Of a stretch of DNA of 64,000 nucleotides, positions 10,273 to 20,574 are shown in pieces (position 1 is the stretch's first letter; each line of letters starts with the position of its first letter). Location of the stretch: NCBI GenBank assembly GCA_963810275.1, contig CAWENF010000003.1:115855-179854 (forward strand). The letters are read 5' to 3'. The position numbers and the translations under genes were made by a program. Below the pieces are notes generated by a model that saw only the letters and a list, made by a program, of their open reading frames with translations, searched no databases and was not told the DNA's origin. The stretch comes from an uncultured archaeon (GTDB lineage Archaea; Thermoproteota; Bathyarchaeia; Bathyarchaeales; Bathycorpusculaceae).

Positions 10273-10500
10273 TTATTCTTCTCCTGCGGAAGCTAAAACG
10301 TCATTCCAGAGGCTCAGAGTTTCGAGTGCCTCTTTCTCTTCAAGAACCTGTATTGCGTAGCCTGCATGGACAAGCACGTAGTCACCGAGGTTAGCGTCCA
10401 CAAGCGACACGTTAACGTCTCGCAGCACGCCCCTGCCGAAATCGACTTGGGCTTTTTCACCCTGCAGGGACATGATTTTTGCTGGAATTGCCAGACACAT
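10273..10500 (-). CDS. hypC: Hydrogenase chaperone HypC
   Basis: MCLAIP start; GDYVLVHAGYAI. Confidence 0.96.
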   Translation of the reverse strand: MCLAIPAKIMSLQGEKAQVDFGRGVLRDVNVSLVDANLGDYVLVHAGYAIQVLEEKEALETLSLWNDVLASAGEE

Positions 10501-10549
10501 AAACATCAACCTCTAAAAAAGGGTGTTGGGGCGATAAAAACAGATTGGT

Positions 10550-12847
10550 CTAAATATTGGAAATTGATGCTACGACTGCTTGACCAAAAGAGACGCCCCC
10601 ATCACCCGGCGGAACCTGCTCATGCATAAAGAAACATAGCCGACTTGCTTCGACGGTTTTGCGCATTAGGGTGACGAGAAGCTGGTTACATGCCGCTCCG
10701 CCTGTGAAACCCACGTTTTTTGCTCCGATTTGCCTGGCTTTTTCGACCGCTATTTCTGCTAAACCCTCTGCAATGTAGGCATGAACAGAGTAAGCTAAAT
10801 CCATAGGAGAATAATTCTTCAAGTTAGTGTAAAGCTCTGACAGTAAAAACGTTGTGTCCAGAATGCCACCGCTGATTTTTGGCTCCAGTTTTAAGGTGTC
10901 TTTGCCTTGCAGGGCCGCCGACTCCAGCTTCATCGCAGGTTCGCCCTCGTAGGTACGTTGGAAACAGATGCCTAAAACCGCAGCCGCAGCATCCAAGACT
11001 CGACCGCAACTCGATGTTAGCATTGCGCTTGTACCGCTCCGCAACTGTTGAGCCAGGAGGTTGGCTTCTAAGTCGCCGTGCTGCAGGCACATACTATTTT
11101 GAAGCAACCAAGGGTACACGTTAACGCCTGCCTTATGCAGCATACCCGCAGCCATCCGCAGGGGATAACGGCTAGCCAAGTCTCCACCCAAAAGAGGCTG
11201 CAACTCGAGATGCCCCAGCCGCTCAAAACCCCGCCTGTCCGATTTACAGAGGAGCACTTCGCCGCCCCATGCCTCGCTGCCGAGCCCGTAGCCATAGCCG
11301 TCGCAGGCAACCGCCAAAACCTCATCCAATTCATGCTCAGCCATCAAAGCAGCCGCATGCGCATGATGATGCTGCACCTGCACCAACTCCAAACCGCTAG
11401 TCTCCGCCATCTCTTGAGCGAGGTGGGTAGTATTGAATTTTGGGTGTAAATCGCAGGCGACCATGCTGGGTTGACAGTTGGTTAGGTGCTGGAGGTGCTG
11501 GATGGCTTTCTGGAGGAAGGTTTGGGTTTCGATGTTTTTGACATCACCGATGTGCTGTGTGATAAAGGCTTTGTTGCCTGTTAGGATGGTTGCGGTGTCG
11601 TTGAGTTCACCGCCTAAAGCCACTACGCAGCGATCCGTTTTGCTTTTGAGCCTAATGGGGACTGGAGCATAGCCTCGGCTTCTGCGGATGAAAACTTGCC
11701 GTGTGCCGTGGACGCGCATGACTGAGTCGTCGCATCGGTGGGCAATTCTACGATTATGAAACAGGAAGTAGTCAACCGTTTCGCCGAGGATTTTAAGAGC
11801 TTCGGCATTATCGTTGACTATGGGTTGGTTAGCTGGATTGGCGCTGGTCATAACAAATCCTTGGTCGGTGATTTGGTCGAAGAGCATGTAATGAAGCGCC
11901 GTGTAGGGGAGCATGACACCGATGTTGTGTAGGTTGGGCGCAACCAATGCTGAAAGCTGGTATTGTGGGTTTTTGTTTAGCAGAACAATGGGGCGCTGAG
12001 GCGAAGTGAGCAGCTCCCGCTCTTTTGCGTTGATATATGCGAAACTTTCCGCTGCCTCTAAGCTGCGCGCCATAACTGCAAACGGTTTCTCTTTGCGATG
12101 TTTGGTTTCGCGCAGCTGCAGCAGAGGTTCTTCGAGCATTGTGGAAGCGGCGATGTGGAAGCCCCCATAGCCCTTTACGGCGAGGATTTTACCCTCAGAA
12201 AGCAGTTTGCCCGCCAATCTGACGGGGTCAGCAGTTTCGATTGGGTCGCCGTGGCTGTTGGTTAGGTATGCTTTGGGTCCGCAGGTCGGGTCCGCCACGG
12301 TTTCCGCGTGAAATCGGCGATTTGCTGGGTCTTCATACTCGCCCTGACAGAAGCGGCAGAGGGGGAAGTCACGCACAGTTGTGTTGTCGCGGTCGTAGGG
12401 GAGATGCTCGATTATGGTGAAGCGGGGTCCGCAGTCTGTGCAGGTTATGAAGAAGTAGTTGTGGCGGGTGTTTTTGGGATCTCGGAGTTCTTTGAGGCAT
12501 GTGTTACAGATGGCTATATCTGGGGGTATTACTGAACCGGAGAGTTCGGCGGTTTGGCTGCTCTGTGTAATTGTGAAGTTCCTGTACTGATTTTCACCCG
12601 AAAGCTCGGCTCGAGTTAGATTATAGATCTGTGCAAGCGGAGGCTTCTCTGCATACAACACCGCCGTGAACTCCTCAATAGCCACCTCTGCACCTTCCAA
12701 AACTATTTCGACCCCTGCATCACCCATGTTCCGCACATACCCTGCCAACCCGTTTCTGACAGCTATGCGGTAGATGAAGGGGCGGAACCCGACGCCCTGT
12801 ACGATACCTGAGACAATGAGTTTGACACGCAACCTTGAATCCTTCAC
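10550..12847 (-). CDS. hypF: Carbamoyltransferase HypF (start codon uncertain)
   Basis: GIVQGVGFRPF, zinc fingers, QHHHAH and GDGGVSFGQ motifs. Confidence 0.96.
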   Translation of the reverse strand: MKDSRLRVKLIVSGIVQGVGFRPFIYRIAVRNGLAGYVRNMGDAGVEIVLEGAEVAIEEFTAVLYAEKPPLAQIYNLTRAELSGENQYRNFTITQSSQTAELSGSVIPPDIAICNTCLKELRDPKNTRHNYFFITCTDCGPRFTIIEHLPYDRDNTTVRDFPLCRFCQGEYEDPANRRFHAETVADPTCGPKAYLTNSHGDPIETADPVRLAGKLLSEGKILAVKGYGGFHIAASTMLEEPLLQLRETKHRKEKPFAVMARSLEAAESFAYINAKERELLTSPQRPIVLLNKNPQYQLSALVAPNLHNIGVMLPYTALHYMLFDQITDQGFVMTSANPANQPIVNDNAEALKILGETVDYFLFHNRRIAHRCDDSVMRVHGTRQVFIRRSRGYAPVPIRLKSKTDRCVVALGGELNDTATILTGNKAFITQHIGDVKNIETQTFLQKAIQHLQHLTNCQPSMVACDLHPKFNTTHLAQEMAETSGLELVQVQHHHAHAAALMAEHELDEVLAVACDGYGYGLGSEAWGGEVLLCKSDRRGFERLGHLELQPLLGGDLASRYPLRMAAGMLHKAGVNVYPWLLQNSMCLQHGDLEANLLAQQLRSGTSAMLTSSCGRVLDAAAAVLGICFQRTYEGEPAMKLESAALQGKDTLKLEPKISGGILDTTFLLSELYTNLKNYSPMDLAYSVHAYIAEGLAEIAVEKARQIGAKNVGFTGGAACNQLLVTLMRKTVEASRLCFFMHEQVPPGDGGVSFGQAVVASISNI

Positions 12848-12970
12848 ATTTTTAGAATCCTGTTTTTCTCTTATACGTTTCCCAAAAAGCCTCCAAACCG
12901 TCAAGAATCGGCGACAAAGATGTTAAATATCCTTAAAACAAATAGCTAACCTGATTAAAGAGGAGTAAAC

Positions 12971-13302
12971 ATGGCCATATTTGAAGACTTAATCAGCTTC
13001 ATAACCCAAGGAAGCATATAGGCGGCTTGCCACCTATCGTTCTAATGATCATTCCCCTAATCATCGGGTTAGTCATCGGGTTCTTGGTGAATAAGTTCCT
13101 CAAGTTCGCCCTAATAACTGCAGTCATCGTGATAATCGGTGCATACCTGGGCTTCTACACCCTAAACCTCGACTCTATGGTTAACCTCGCAAAAGAGTAC
13201 GGACCTCTCGCAGTACAGTACGGCACAATACTCGTTGGGATGCTGCCGCTGGGCATCGATTTAGTGGTCGGTTTCATCGTTAGTTTCCTTGTAGCCCGAT
13301 AA
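12971..13302 (+). pseudogene. Small membrane protein (possibly FUN14-like) with apparent 2-nt frameshift near 13016-13020
   Basis: GAGGAG SD then ATG 12971 MAIFEDLISFITQGSI*; removing one TA joins it to GGLPPIVLMIIP of ORF 13027-13302. Confidence 0.65.
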
Positions 13303-13538
13303 GGCGCTGACCGCTTAGGGTTTGGGGCGGCGGGTTTTCCCATTTTACTTTGTAGATAGCTGCTTTTTCTACTCTGAGCCACCTTGGATCGCACAGATAA
13401 TTTGTGACAAGAAATGATAGTACAGCAGAAAACGCTTAATTTACAAATAAGAAAAGCTCACAGAAGATGTTTTCCGCCCTCATTTTCAATCAATAAGGTA
13501 GATAATATAATTAAGTTTCATTGCAGCTAGACAAACAT

Positions 13539-14165
13539 ATGGATTTAATGGATCAATTTAGGTGTCCAATGGGCAGACAGGGTAAAATCGTAGCCAGTTT
13601 AATGAACCGCGCGCACAAGCCGCTCACCACGTGGGGACTCACACACGCCACCATCCAGCTCGATTACACCATTTTGGATGTAGGCTGCGGGGGCGGCAAA
13701 ACCATAAATCGCTTAGCCGAGATGACGCCGCAGGGCAAAGTCTTTGGCGTAGACTACTCAGCCGATATGGTGGAGTACGCCAAAAAACTGAACCGAAAAC
13801 TTGTTGAGCATGGCAGGGTTGAAATCGTGGAGGGCTCAGCAGATAAAACGGGGCAACCTGATGGCTTTTTTGATTTGGTAACGGCGTGTGAAACGTACTA
13901 TTTCTGGCCCAGTCTACCAGCGGCATTTGAGGAAATTCTTCGGGTGCTTAAGCCAAACGGCACGTTCCTGATAATTAGCGAGATGGTAAAAGACGGCGTC
14001 AGTGATGTGAAAAGAGCGGATTTGATTAAGAAGACACATGTGCAACTCGTCAAACTGGACGACATAGTCAGCATGTTAGGTTCGGCAGGGTTTGTAGACG
14101 TGGAAGTTGACCGAAAACCAAATTCGGCATGGAACACAGTTACCGCCAAGAAGCCACCAGCTTAG
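13539..14165 (+). CDS. Class I SAM-dependent methyltransferase
   Basis: ILDVGCGGG motif I; RVLKPNG. Confidence 0.9.
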   Translation: MDLMDQFRCPMGRQGKIVASLMNRAHKPLTTWGLTHATIQLDYTILDVGCGGGKTINRLAEMTPQGKVFGVDYSADMVEYAKKLNRKLVEHGRVEIVEGSADKTGQPDGFFDLVTACETYYFWPSLPAAFEEILRVLKPNGTFLIISEMVKDGVSDVKRADLIKKTHVQLVKLDDIVSMLGSAGFVDVEVDRKPNSAWNTVTAKKPPA

Positions 14166-15700
14166 AGCAACTCTTTGAGGGCTCGTTTTAGCACTTTCCC
14201 CGCTGGACTAAGCGGCAAATCCGCCATAAACTGGACTTCATGGATTGCTTTGTATGGCGCTACCTTTTGGTTAATGTACGCTTTGATTTCTTCTTCGGAC
14301 GCTGAAGCACCGGTTTTGAGAACAACGTAGGCTTTTGGGACTTCGCCCGCTTTAGGGTCTAATTTGCCAACAACGGCACAGAGCTTAACGGCGGGATGCT
14401 CATAGAGAACGTCTTCGAGTTCACGGGGGTAGATGCTGTAACCGTGGTGTTTGATGAGTTCTTTTTTGCGGTCTACGATGTAGTAGTAGCCGTCGCCGTC
14501 GACTCTTGCTACGTCGCCTGTTAAGAGCCAGCCGCCGCGCAGGGCAACAGTGGTTTCTTCGGTGCGTTTCCAGTACCCTTGCATAATCTGGGGTCCTCGA
14601 ACAGCCAGTTCCCCGACTTCGCCTACGCCAAGCGTCACCTCACCCGTTTCCAGATCGACGATTCTGGCTTCCGTTTCGGGTAGCGGCAACCCAATTGAGC
14701 CCACCCGCAACTTCAGAGACCTGTCAACTGGCGAGCAATGCGTAACAGGAGAAGCCTCCGACAAACCATACCCCTCCGCCAAAAAACCACCTGACACAGC
14801 CATGAAATCACGCTGAACCTGAGGTGGCAACGACGAGGCACCCGAAATGCAGACCCGAACTGAAGACAAATCATGCATTTTGAGGTCTGGCTGGGTGAGC
14901 AGCATCTGGTACATGGTGGGTACGCCGCAGAAAACGGTGACTTTGTGGCGGTCGATGGCTTTGAGGGCTTCTGTTGGAGTGAATTTGGGCAGGAGCACCA
15001 TGGTTGCGCCCACGGCTATGGGTAAGGTCATGCTGGTGGTTAAGCCGTAGATGTGGAAAAGCGGCAGAGCTGTGAGGAAGATGTCTGTTGGTTGGGCGTT
15101 TATGGCGGCTGCGAATTGTTGGGCGTTGGCGGCGAGGTTTTGGTGGGTTAGCATGGCGGCTTTTGCTGTGCCTGTTGTTCCGCCTGTGTACTGCAGCGCG
15201 GCCAAATCGTTTGAAGCCACCTCTTGAGCGGCTAAGGAAACTGGAGATAGTTCGGGGAGCCCTGAGAAAGTGGTTGACTCCAACTTTGTGGTTACTACCT
15301 GTTTGAGTGCGGTTTTCTCTTTAACGGCATCGACCAAGGGTTTTAGGCTATCGAGCGTGACAACTACGTGGGTTTCTGAGTCTACGAGTTGGAACTGGAC
15401 TTCGCGTTCTCGATGCTGGGGGCTGATAGCGGTGACGGTTGCGCCTGCTTTTAGGATACCAAAGTAGGCGATTATGAATTGGGGGATGTTTGGGAGGTAA
15501 AGGGCTACCCGGGCGCCTTTCGCTACGCCTAAGCGTCGAAGTGCTTTTGAGAACTGAATGCACAGCGAATCCAAATCCGAATACGAAAGGGTTTGGTCGC
15601 CGTAAACAACCGCCGCCTTGAGCGGGTACCTCTTGGCGCTCTCCTCAAGCAACCCATAAAGAGACGCTGTTGATAAAGCAAGTGACGTTTTTCCTGTCAA
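14162..15700 (-). CDS. Long-chain fatty acid--CoA ligase (AMP-binding)
   Basis: YTGGTTGTAK, EGYGLSE and TGD motifs; terminal GKVLK. Confidence 0.92.
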   Translation of the reverse strand: MTGKTSLALSTASLYGLLEESAKRYPLKAAVVYGDQTLSYSDLDSLCIQFSKALRRLGVAKGARVALYLPNIPQFIIAYFGILKAGATVTAISPQHREREVQFQLVDSETHVVVTLDSLKPLVDAVKEKTALKQVVTTKLESTTFSGLPELSPVSLAAQEVASNDLAALQYTGGTTGTAKAAMLTHQNLAANAQQFAAAINAQPTDIFLTALPLFHIYGLTTSMTLPIAVGATMVLLPKFTPTEALKAIDRHKVTVFCGVPTMYQMLLTQPDLKMHDLSSVRVCISGASSLPPQVQRDFMAVSGGFLAEGYGLSEASPVTHCSPVDRSLKLRVGSIGLPLPETEARIVDLETGEVTLGVGEVGELAVRGPQIMQGYWKRTEETTVALRGGWLLTGDVARVDGDGYYYIVDRKKELIKHHGYSIYPRELEDVLYEHPAVKLCAVVGKLDPKAGEVPKAYVVLKTGASASEEEIKAYINQKVAPYKAIHEVQFMADLPLSPAGKVLKRALKELL

Positions 15701-15813
15701 AGCAACTCAGCAGGCATAAAATGTGCTGTTCAACTAAAAACCTTCCCCATCGCCCCATGCAATTAGCAACAGTTAAATAAACCGCAGAGAAAAAAATAAG
15801 CGGTGAATTTTTC

Positions 15814-16269
15814 GTGACATCTTCAGATAGCAAGGCTGTTATCCGCAGGTTTATTGAAGCCTACAACAACCGAAACCTCGACGTTTTCGACGAATTAGTC
15901 GCCCCCGACTACGTTGACCACACCCATCAGCAGAAAGGGCGGGAGGCGTTTAGGAAGCTGTTCACGTTGGCGTTCGAAGGGTTTCCCGACTGGCATGAGA
16001 GCATCCAAGACATCATCGCCGAGGGGGAAAACGTGTGGGTTAAAGTTAGAGCCACGGGAACACACAGTGGGGACTGGACACTTTTCGGAGTTTCTTTACC
16101 GGCGACGGGTAACAAGGTGGTTATGGATATGGTTTTCATGTTCCGCGTGGTGGACGGCAAATTGGTTGAAGGTGGAGAAGTGGATGACCAAGTGGACTTT
16201 TTCAAGCAGTTGGGGCTGATTGAATACACCGAAAAAGGCAAGAAACTCTTCGCAGAAGCCCAGGGTTAG
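15814..16269 (+). CDS. SnoaL-like ester cyclase (NTF2 fold)
   Basis: FPDW..IQDIIAEGE.V..TGTH..PATG pattern. Confidence 0.85.
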   Translation: MTSSDSKAVIRRFIEAYNNRNLDVFDELVAPDYVDHTHQQKGREAFRKLFTLAFEGFPDWHESIQDIIAEGENVWVKVRATGTHSGDWTLFGVSLPATGNKVVMDMVFMFRVVDGKLVEGGEVDDQVDFFKQLGLIEYTEKGKKLFAEAQG

Positions 16270-16688
16270 GTTTCGGATTCGGGTTCAATTACCACGGCGG
16301 TCCCTGTAGCTGAAAACAGCACCACACCGTTTTGCAAACCCAAATCCGAAGTCTCCACATCTAGCCCTACAATGCCGTTTGCACCCAGAGCAAGCGCACG
16401 TGCCTTTGCGCGTTCTATGGCCTCCCAACGGGCTTTCTCCATCTCCGACGTAAACGCCGTAACTTCACCGCCAGCCATAGACTCAAACCCAGCAATAAAC
16501 TTGCCAAACAACCCACGTGTGCGTGGAGTTAAACCCGTAACTATCCCCAAAACCTTCTTAATTTTGTAACCCGCAACAGTTGGCGTAGTCACCATTAGAA
16601 AATCGTTTAAGGGTGCGCCACATTTTTGGCAGAAACGAGAACCTTCTGGAACAGTATTTCCACACCGGGGGCAAATCAAAATTTTCAC
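16266..16688 (-). CDS. YbjQ/UPF0145 family protein with N-terminal zinc ribbon
   Basis: CPRCG..CQKCG; GANGIVG and ATGTAV motifs. Confidence 0.88.
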   Translation of the reverse strand: MKILICPRCGNTVPEGSRFCQKCGAPLNDFLMVTTPTVAGYKIKKVLGIVTGLTPRTRGLFGKFIAGFESMAGGEVTAFTSEMEKARWEAIERAKARALALGANGIVGLDVETSDLGLQNGVVLFSATGTAVVIEPESET

Positions 16689-16765
16689 CTAAATAACGAT
16701 TTTTTAGATTTCTTTACAAGTTGGCGGTCGCCATCTTTAAGGTTGCTGTAGGCAAGATAGAACTC

Positions 16766-17150
16766 TTAGAGATTTTCCATCTCTTTAGTGTAAGTGAAGG
16801 GGTAAGCCACTACGTCTTTAAGGTTGAAGTTGAGTTTTACCTCGCCTTCGGTTTGACTGAAGAGTTGGCTTTGAGGCTGGTCGGTTAAGATGACTATGAC
16901 TATGTCGCCGACTTGCAGTTTGTCGCCCAATGTTTCGCCGCTGCCGAACTCTTCGCTCAGGTCTACTGCGCCGCCGTACTCGAACACTAGGTATGGATGT
17001 CCGTTGCGGGCTATGGGGTGGCAGGTGAGTTTGGGCACTTGAGTTTCAAAGCGTGCTTTAAGCGCATCAAAAGTCTGTTTGGGGTAGTTGCACGATTAGG
17101 TAGTTGTGCCAAGTTTTGGATTCCTCATCTCGCATCCGGAAGTACTGCAT
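16766..17150 (-). pseudogene. Hypothetical protein with 1-nt frameshift in a T-run (17069-17072)
   Basis: ATG 17150 MQYFRMRDEESKTWHNYLIVQLPQTDF* joins DALKARFETQVPKLT if one T is removed. Confidence 0.6.
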
Positions 17151-17259
17151 CTTAACCACACATATACCGTCTATGATGGCGATAAATATCATTCCCTGCA
17201 TTGAGACGCTGGAAAATCATTTAAGTCAATAAACAGAACACATTTTTGAGGGCAATTTT

Positions 17260-18268
17260 TTGGATAACTGGAAAAACGTGCTCAAAGCTGACCCAACCGA
17301 GTGGCTTCTTGAGAAAGATAATCCTTCAGTACGCTACTTTACGCTAAGAGATATTTTAGAAAAACCAGAAGCCAACGTTGATGGTGCAGAGTCAAAAAAG
17401 GCTATCATGGAAACAGGCAGTGTCCCTAAAATACTCGCTAAAATGCAGGTTGACGGCTACTGGGAAACTCCAGCATCGTTTTACACCGCAAAATACAAAG
17501 GCACCATTTGGCAGCTACTCATTTTGGCAGAACTCGGCGCAGACCCAACTGATGAACGCGTTAAGGAAGCCTGTGAGTTCATTCTGGAAAACAGCCAGCA
17601 CTCTGATAGCGGCGGGTTCGCTATGGCGCGTTCAGAGCGGATGGGCGGCGGCAGAGAAAGCAGCGTCATACCCTGCTTGACAGGAAACATGGTCTACAGC
17701 CTAATCAGGTTGGGTTACCTCAACGACCCCAGAGTGTAGGCGGGTAAACATAAACTGGATAGCCAACTACCAGCGCTTCGACGACGGAGAAGGCAAACCG
17801 AAAGGGAAATTCTATGACCGCTATACGGCTTGCTTTGGCAAACACACCTGCCACATGGGCGCCGCTAAAGCCTTAAAGGCACTCGCCGAAATACCCGAAC
17901 CTCAAAGAAATCCAGAAGTGAAAGCAACCATTGGTGCTGGTGCTGAGTACTTTCTAAAACATCACATCTACAAAAAAAGCCACAACCTCCAAGAAGTGTC
18001 CAAGCCCGGGTGGCTTAAATTCGGATTTCCCCTGATGTACCAAACGGATGCTTTAGAGATTCTGGAAATCCTAACAAAACTCGGCTACAAAGACACGCGA
18101 ATGCAGGAAGCCGTAGATCACGTAGTTTCCAAGCAAACAAACGAGGGCAAATGGTTCCTGGAGAACAGTTTTAACGGTAAATTCCAGACAAATATTGAAC
18201 GCAAAGGTGAAGAGAGCAAATGGGTAACCCTAAAGGCCTTATCAGCGTTGAAACATTACTATTCATGA
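17260..18268 (+). pseudogene. Prenyltransferase/terpene-cyclase-like alpha-alpha toroid protein, disrupted
   Basis: WLLE.DNPSVRYFTL, KYKGTIWQL and SKWVTLKAL in two ORFs; TAG at 17737 plus ~4-nt insertion at 17746-17755. Confidence 0.75.
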
Positions 18269-18278
18269 GGGCGCTAAT

Positions 18279-18737
18279 TTGAGAACTCTTTTAGTTGTTT
18301 ATTCATATCATCACAATAACACCCTAAAGGTCGCGGAAGTTTTCGCTAAAGTCTTTGATACAGAGATAGTTACGCCTCAGCAAACCGACCCTAATGGGCT
18401 CACGGATTATGATTTAGTCGGCTTCGGTGCAGGGATAGACAGCGGCAAACACTACAAGCCCCTACTGGACTTCGCGGACCAACTCCCAAACGCGGCAGGT
18501 AAGAAGGCATTTATCTTCTCCACCAGCGGCGTATCAAACCCCAAGTACCAAACAAAAATTCACACACCACTTCGCGAGACGCTACAGGCTAAGGGCTACG
18601 TGATTGTCAACGAGTTTAACTGCCACGGCTTTAACACGAATAGCTTTCTCAAGTTCTTGGGCGGCATGAACAAAGGCAAACCAGACGAGCAAGACCTTAA
18701 AGCAGCCGTCGAGTTCGCAGAAAACCTGAAAAAATAA
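18279..18737 (+). CDS. Flavodoxin family protein
   Basis: YSYHHNNT.KVA, DLVGFGAGI and AFIFSTSG motifs. Confidence 0.88.
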   Translation: MRTLLVVYSYHHNNTLKVAEVFAKVFDTEIVTPQQTDPNGLTDYDLVGFGAGIDSGKHYKPLLDFADQLPNAAGKKAFIFSTSGVSNPKYQTKIHTPLRETLQAKGYVIVNEFNCHGFNTNSFLKFLGGMNKGKPDEQDLKAAVEFAENLKK

Positions 18738-18740
18738 ATT

Positions 18741-18847
18741 TGGTGCCGGGGGCGGGATTCGAGCCCGCGACTTCTGGCAGTGGGCGTGTGGCCCTGTTGT
18801 CTCCAGATTATGAGTCTGGCGCCCTAGCCAGGCTAGGCTACCCCGGC
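18741..18847 (-). tRNA. tRNA-Met(CAT), elongator type, with 29-nt intron at non-canonical position 45/46; CCA encoded
   Basis: Acceptor GCCGGGG/CCCCGGC, anticodon arm CCAGA-CTCATAA-TCTGG, T arm GCGGG/CCCGC; intron at 18772-18800. Confidence 0.92.
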
Positions 18848-19023
18848 AAACGCCGACACTTCTGCGGCGTCGTGGATGTTTAGTCATAATTGTATGATTT
18901 AAACTTTTAAGGTACATAAACCACTTTGGAGCAGTCAGAGCCAAAACGCAAAAACCTTCTATAAAGATTTTCAACAATAAATTTATTGGATAGTAAAAAC
19001 CGTTCCTATGCAGGTGAATTTGT

Positions 19024-19620
19024 TTGTCTTCAGACAACGATGATTTCCCCGAATGGTACAAAAAACGCCAACGACCAACCAAAGACCCGTTCTTCGGCAA
19101 CATGGACAACATGTTCAAAGAGATGGAGAAAATGATGGATGAAGGTCTCAAGAACTTCACTGAAAAAGTACCTAAAGAATATGTAAAGGAACGTAAGATG
19201 CCTGATGGCAGCACCGTGAAAGAGCTTGGACCGTTTGTTTACGGTTGCAGTATGAAAATTGGAGCTGACGGCAAACCTGAAGTCCAAGAGTTCGGCAACA
19301 TTAAAAAGGGTTTAAAGGGTCCGCCAGAGGTTAAGGAGGAGCGAGAGCCGCTTGTGGATGTTGTGCAAACCGACACAGATGTGCATGTGGTCGCCGAGTT
19401 GCCGGGCGTGGAGAAAACCGACATTAAACTGCACGGCACCGACGAATCAATCGACATCTGCGTGGATACCCCCCAGTACAAATACTACAAAGAAGTGCAG
19501 TTACCCGTTAAAGTCCGTGTAAAAGAAGCTGCCTCCACCTACAAAAACGGCGTGCTAGAAGTGGTTATACCCAAGCTTGAGCTTTCCAAAGACCGCGGGG
19601 AACCAATCAGTGTAGGCTAA
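19024..19620 (+). CDS. hsp20: Archaeal small heat shock protein Hsp20
   Basis: GPFVYG, EREPLVDV, AELPGVEK and YKNGVLEV motifs. Confidence 0.93.
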   Translation: MSSDNDDFPEWYKKRQRPTKDPFFGNMDNMFKEMEKMMDEGLKNFTEKVPKEYVKERKMPDGSTVKELGPFVYGCSMKIGADGKPEVQEFGNIKKGLKGPPEVKEEREPLVDVVQTDTDVHVVAELPGVEKTDIKLHGTDESIDICVDTPQYKYYKEVQLPVKVRVKEAASTYKNGVLEVVIPKLELSKDRGEPISVG

Positions 19621-19662
19621 AAACCTAAATGCACCTCCTTTCTTAAGTTAGCATGTGTACCG

Positions 19663-20073
19663 ATGACTGAGCATTCGGAAAACGAAACCCTCAATAGGGT
19701 ATGCATTGAAGCTAAAGCTGCGGGTAAACTGTCAGGTGAAAATCTAAATCAGCTTTACGAATTATTTGGGCAACGCTTCACCAAAGCCTTGGATGCGGTG
19801 ACGGAAGGAAGGGTGAAAAAGTACATTTTCAAGCCGTCCGGACGTATTGTTTGGATAGTTGTTGGGCGTGAACGGGACTACTTGATTATGCCGGAGGCGG
19901 AGTTCTGTACCTGTGATGACTTCTACTTCCGTGTTTTAGACAAGAAAGTGCATATGTGTTATCATTTGTTGACGCAGAAGATTGCACAGAATCTCGGTTG
20001 GTTTAAAACTTACGAGGAAAGTGACGAATGTTTTAAAATGCTTATGAATGAATGGAAAAAAGCGAATCCTTAA
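19663..20073 (+). CDS. SWIM zinc-finger protein
   Basis: FCTCDDF..CYH signature. Confidence 0.85.
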   Translation: MTEHSENETLNRVCIEAKAAGKLSGENLNQLYELFGQRFTKALDAVTEGRVKKYIFKPSGRIVWIVVGRERDYLIMPEAEFCTCDDFYFRVLDKKVHMCYHLLTQKIAQNLGWFKTYEESDECFKMLMNEWKKANP

Positions 20074-20121
20074 TTATGTAAAAGTACAAGAATAAGGAAT
20101 AAACACACTGAGGAAATAACT

Positions 20122-20241
20122 ATGGACGTTGGCGCATACTTCATAACTCTTCAATATGTCCTTATGGGTTCAGTCGCAGTTGCGTTGGCACTTATTTTCC
20201 TGTACGCATACTACGGCAAAGACGAAGAACCCGAAAAATAA
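20122..20241 (+). CDS. 39-aa single-TM protein (missed by ORF track)
   Basis: TGAGGA SD; MDVGAYFITLQYVLMGSVAVALALIFLYAYYGKDEEPEK; T-rich tract after the stop. Confidence 0.6.
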   Translation: MDVGAYFITLQYVLMGSVAVALALIFLYAYYGKDEEPEK

Positions 20242-20265
20242 CCTAAGGTTTAATTTTCCTCTCTT

Positions 20266-20574
20266 TTAACGTCGTCTATTCAATATTATAAACGCAATTA
20301 TGCTGATTACGGAGATGGCTAAGCTTATAGCTATCAGCCAAGGTAGGTTTGGTCCCGAGCCGAAAACTATGGGTATGGGACCGATGAATATGATTCCGCC
20401 CACACTTCCGCCGCCGAGAAAAACGGAAGCCAAAACAATGACGACGAAGCCAACAAAAACCAAGGCGATCCCCAACATGATTATTGTCCAGATTTTGCCA
20501 GAAAAAGCAAAGCCCGTTTCGTCTTCGTCATCGTAATCGTTAAGGTCATCACTCATACCAGTTGTTACCTCCAC
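20266..20574 (-). CDS. DUF131/TIGR00304 membrane protein
   Basis: GGIIFIGPIPIVFGS motif. Confidence 0.85.
   Translation of the reverse strand: MEVTTGMSDDLNDYDDEDETGFAFSGKIWTIIMLGIALVFVGFVVIVLASVFLGGGSVGGIIFIGPIPIVFGSGPNLPWLIAISLAISVISIIAFIILNRRR

Noticed and set aside
17737-17739. In-frame TAG as a possible pyrrolysine or readthrough codon
   Set aside because: A frameshift follows within 20 nt, so readthrough cannot restore the protein; simple decay fits better
18582-19214. 210-aa antisense ORF and many other shadow ORFs in the track
   Set aside because: They overlap a tRNA or well-supported genes on the other strand or frame and have no recognisable motifs
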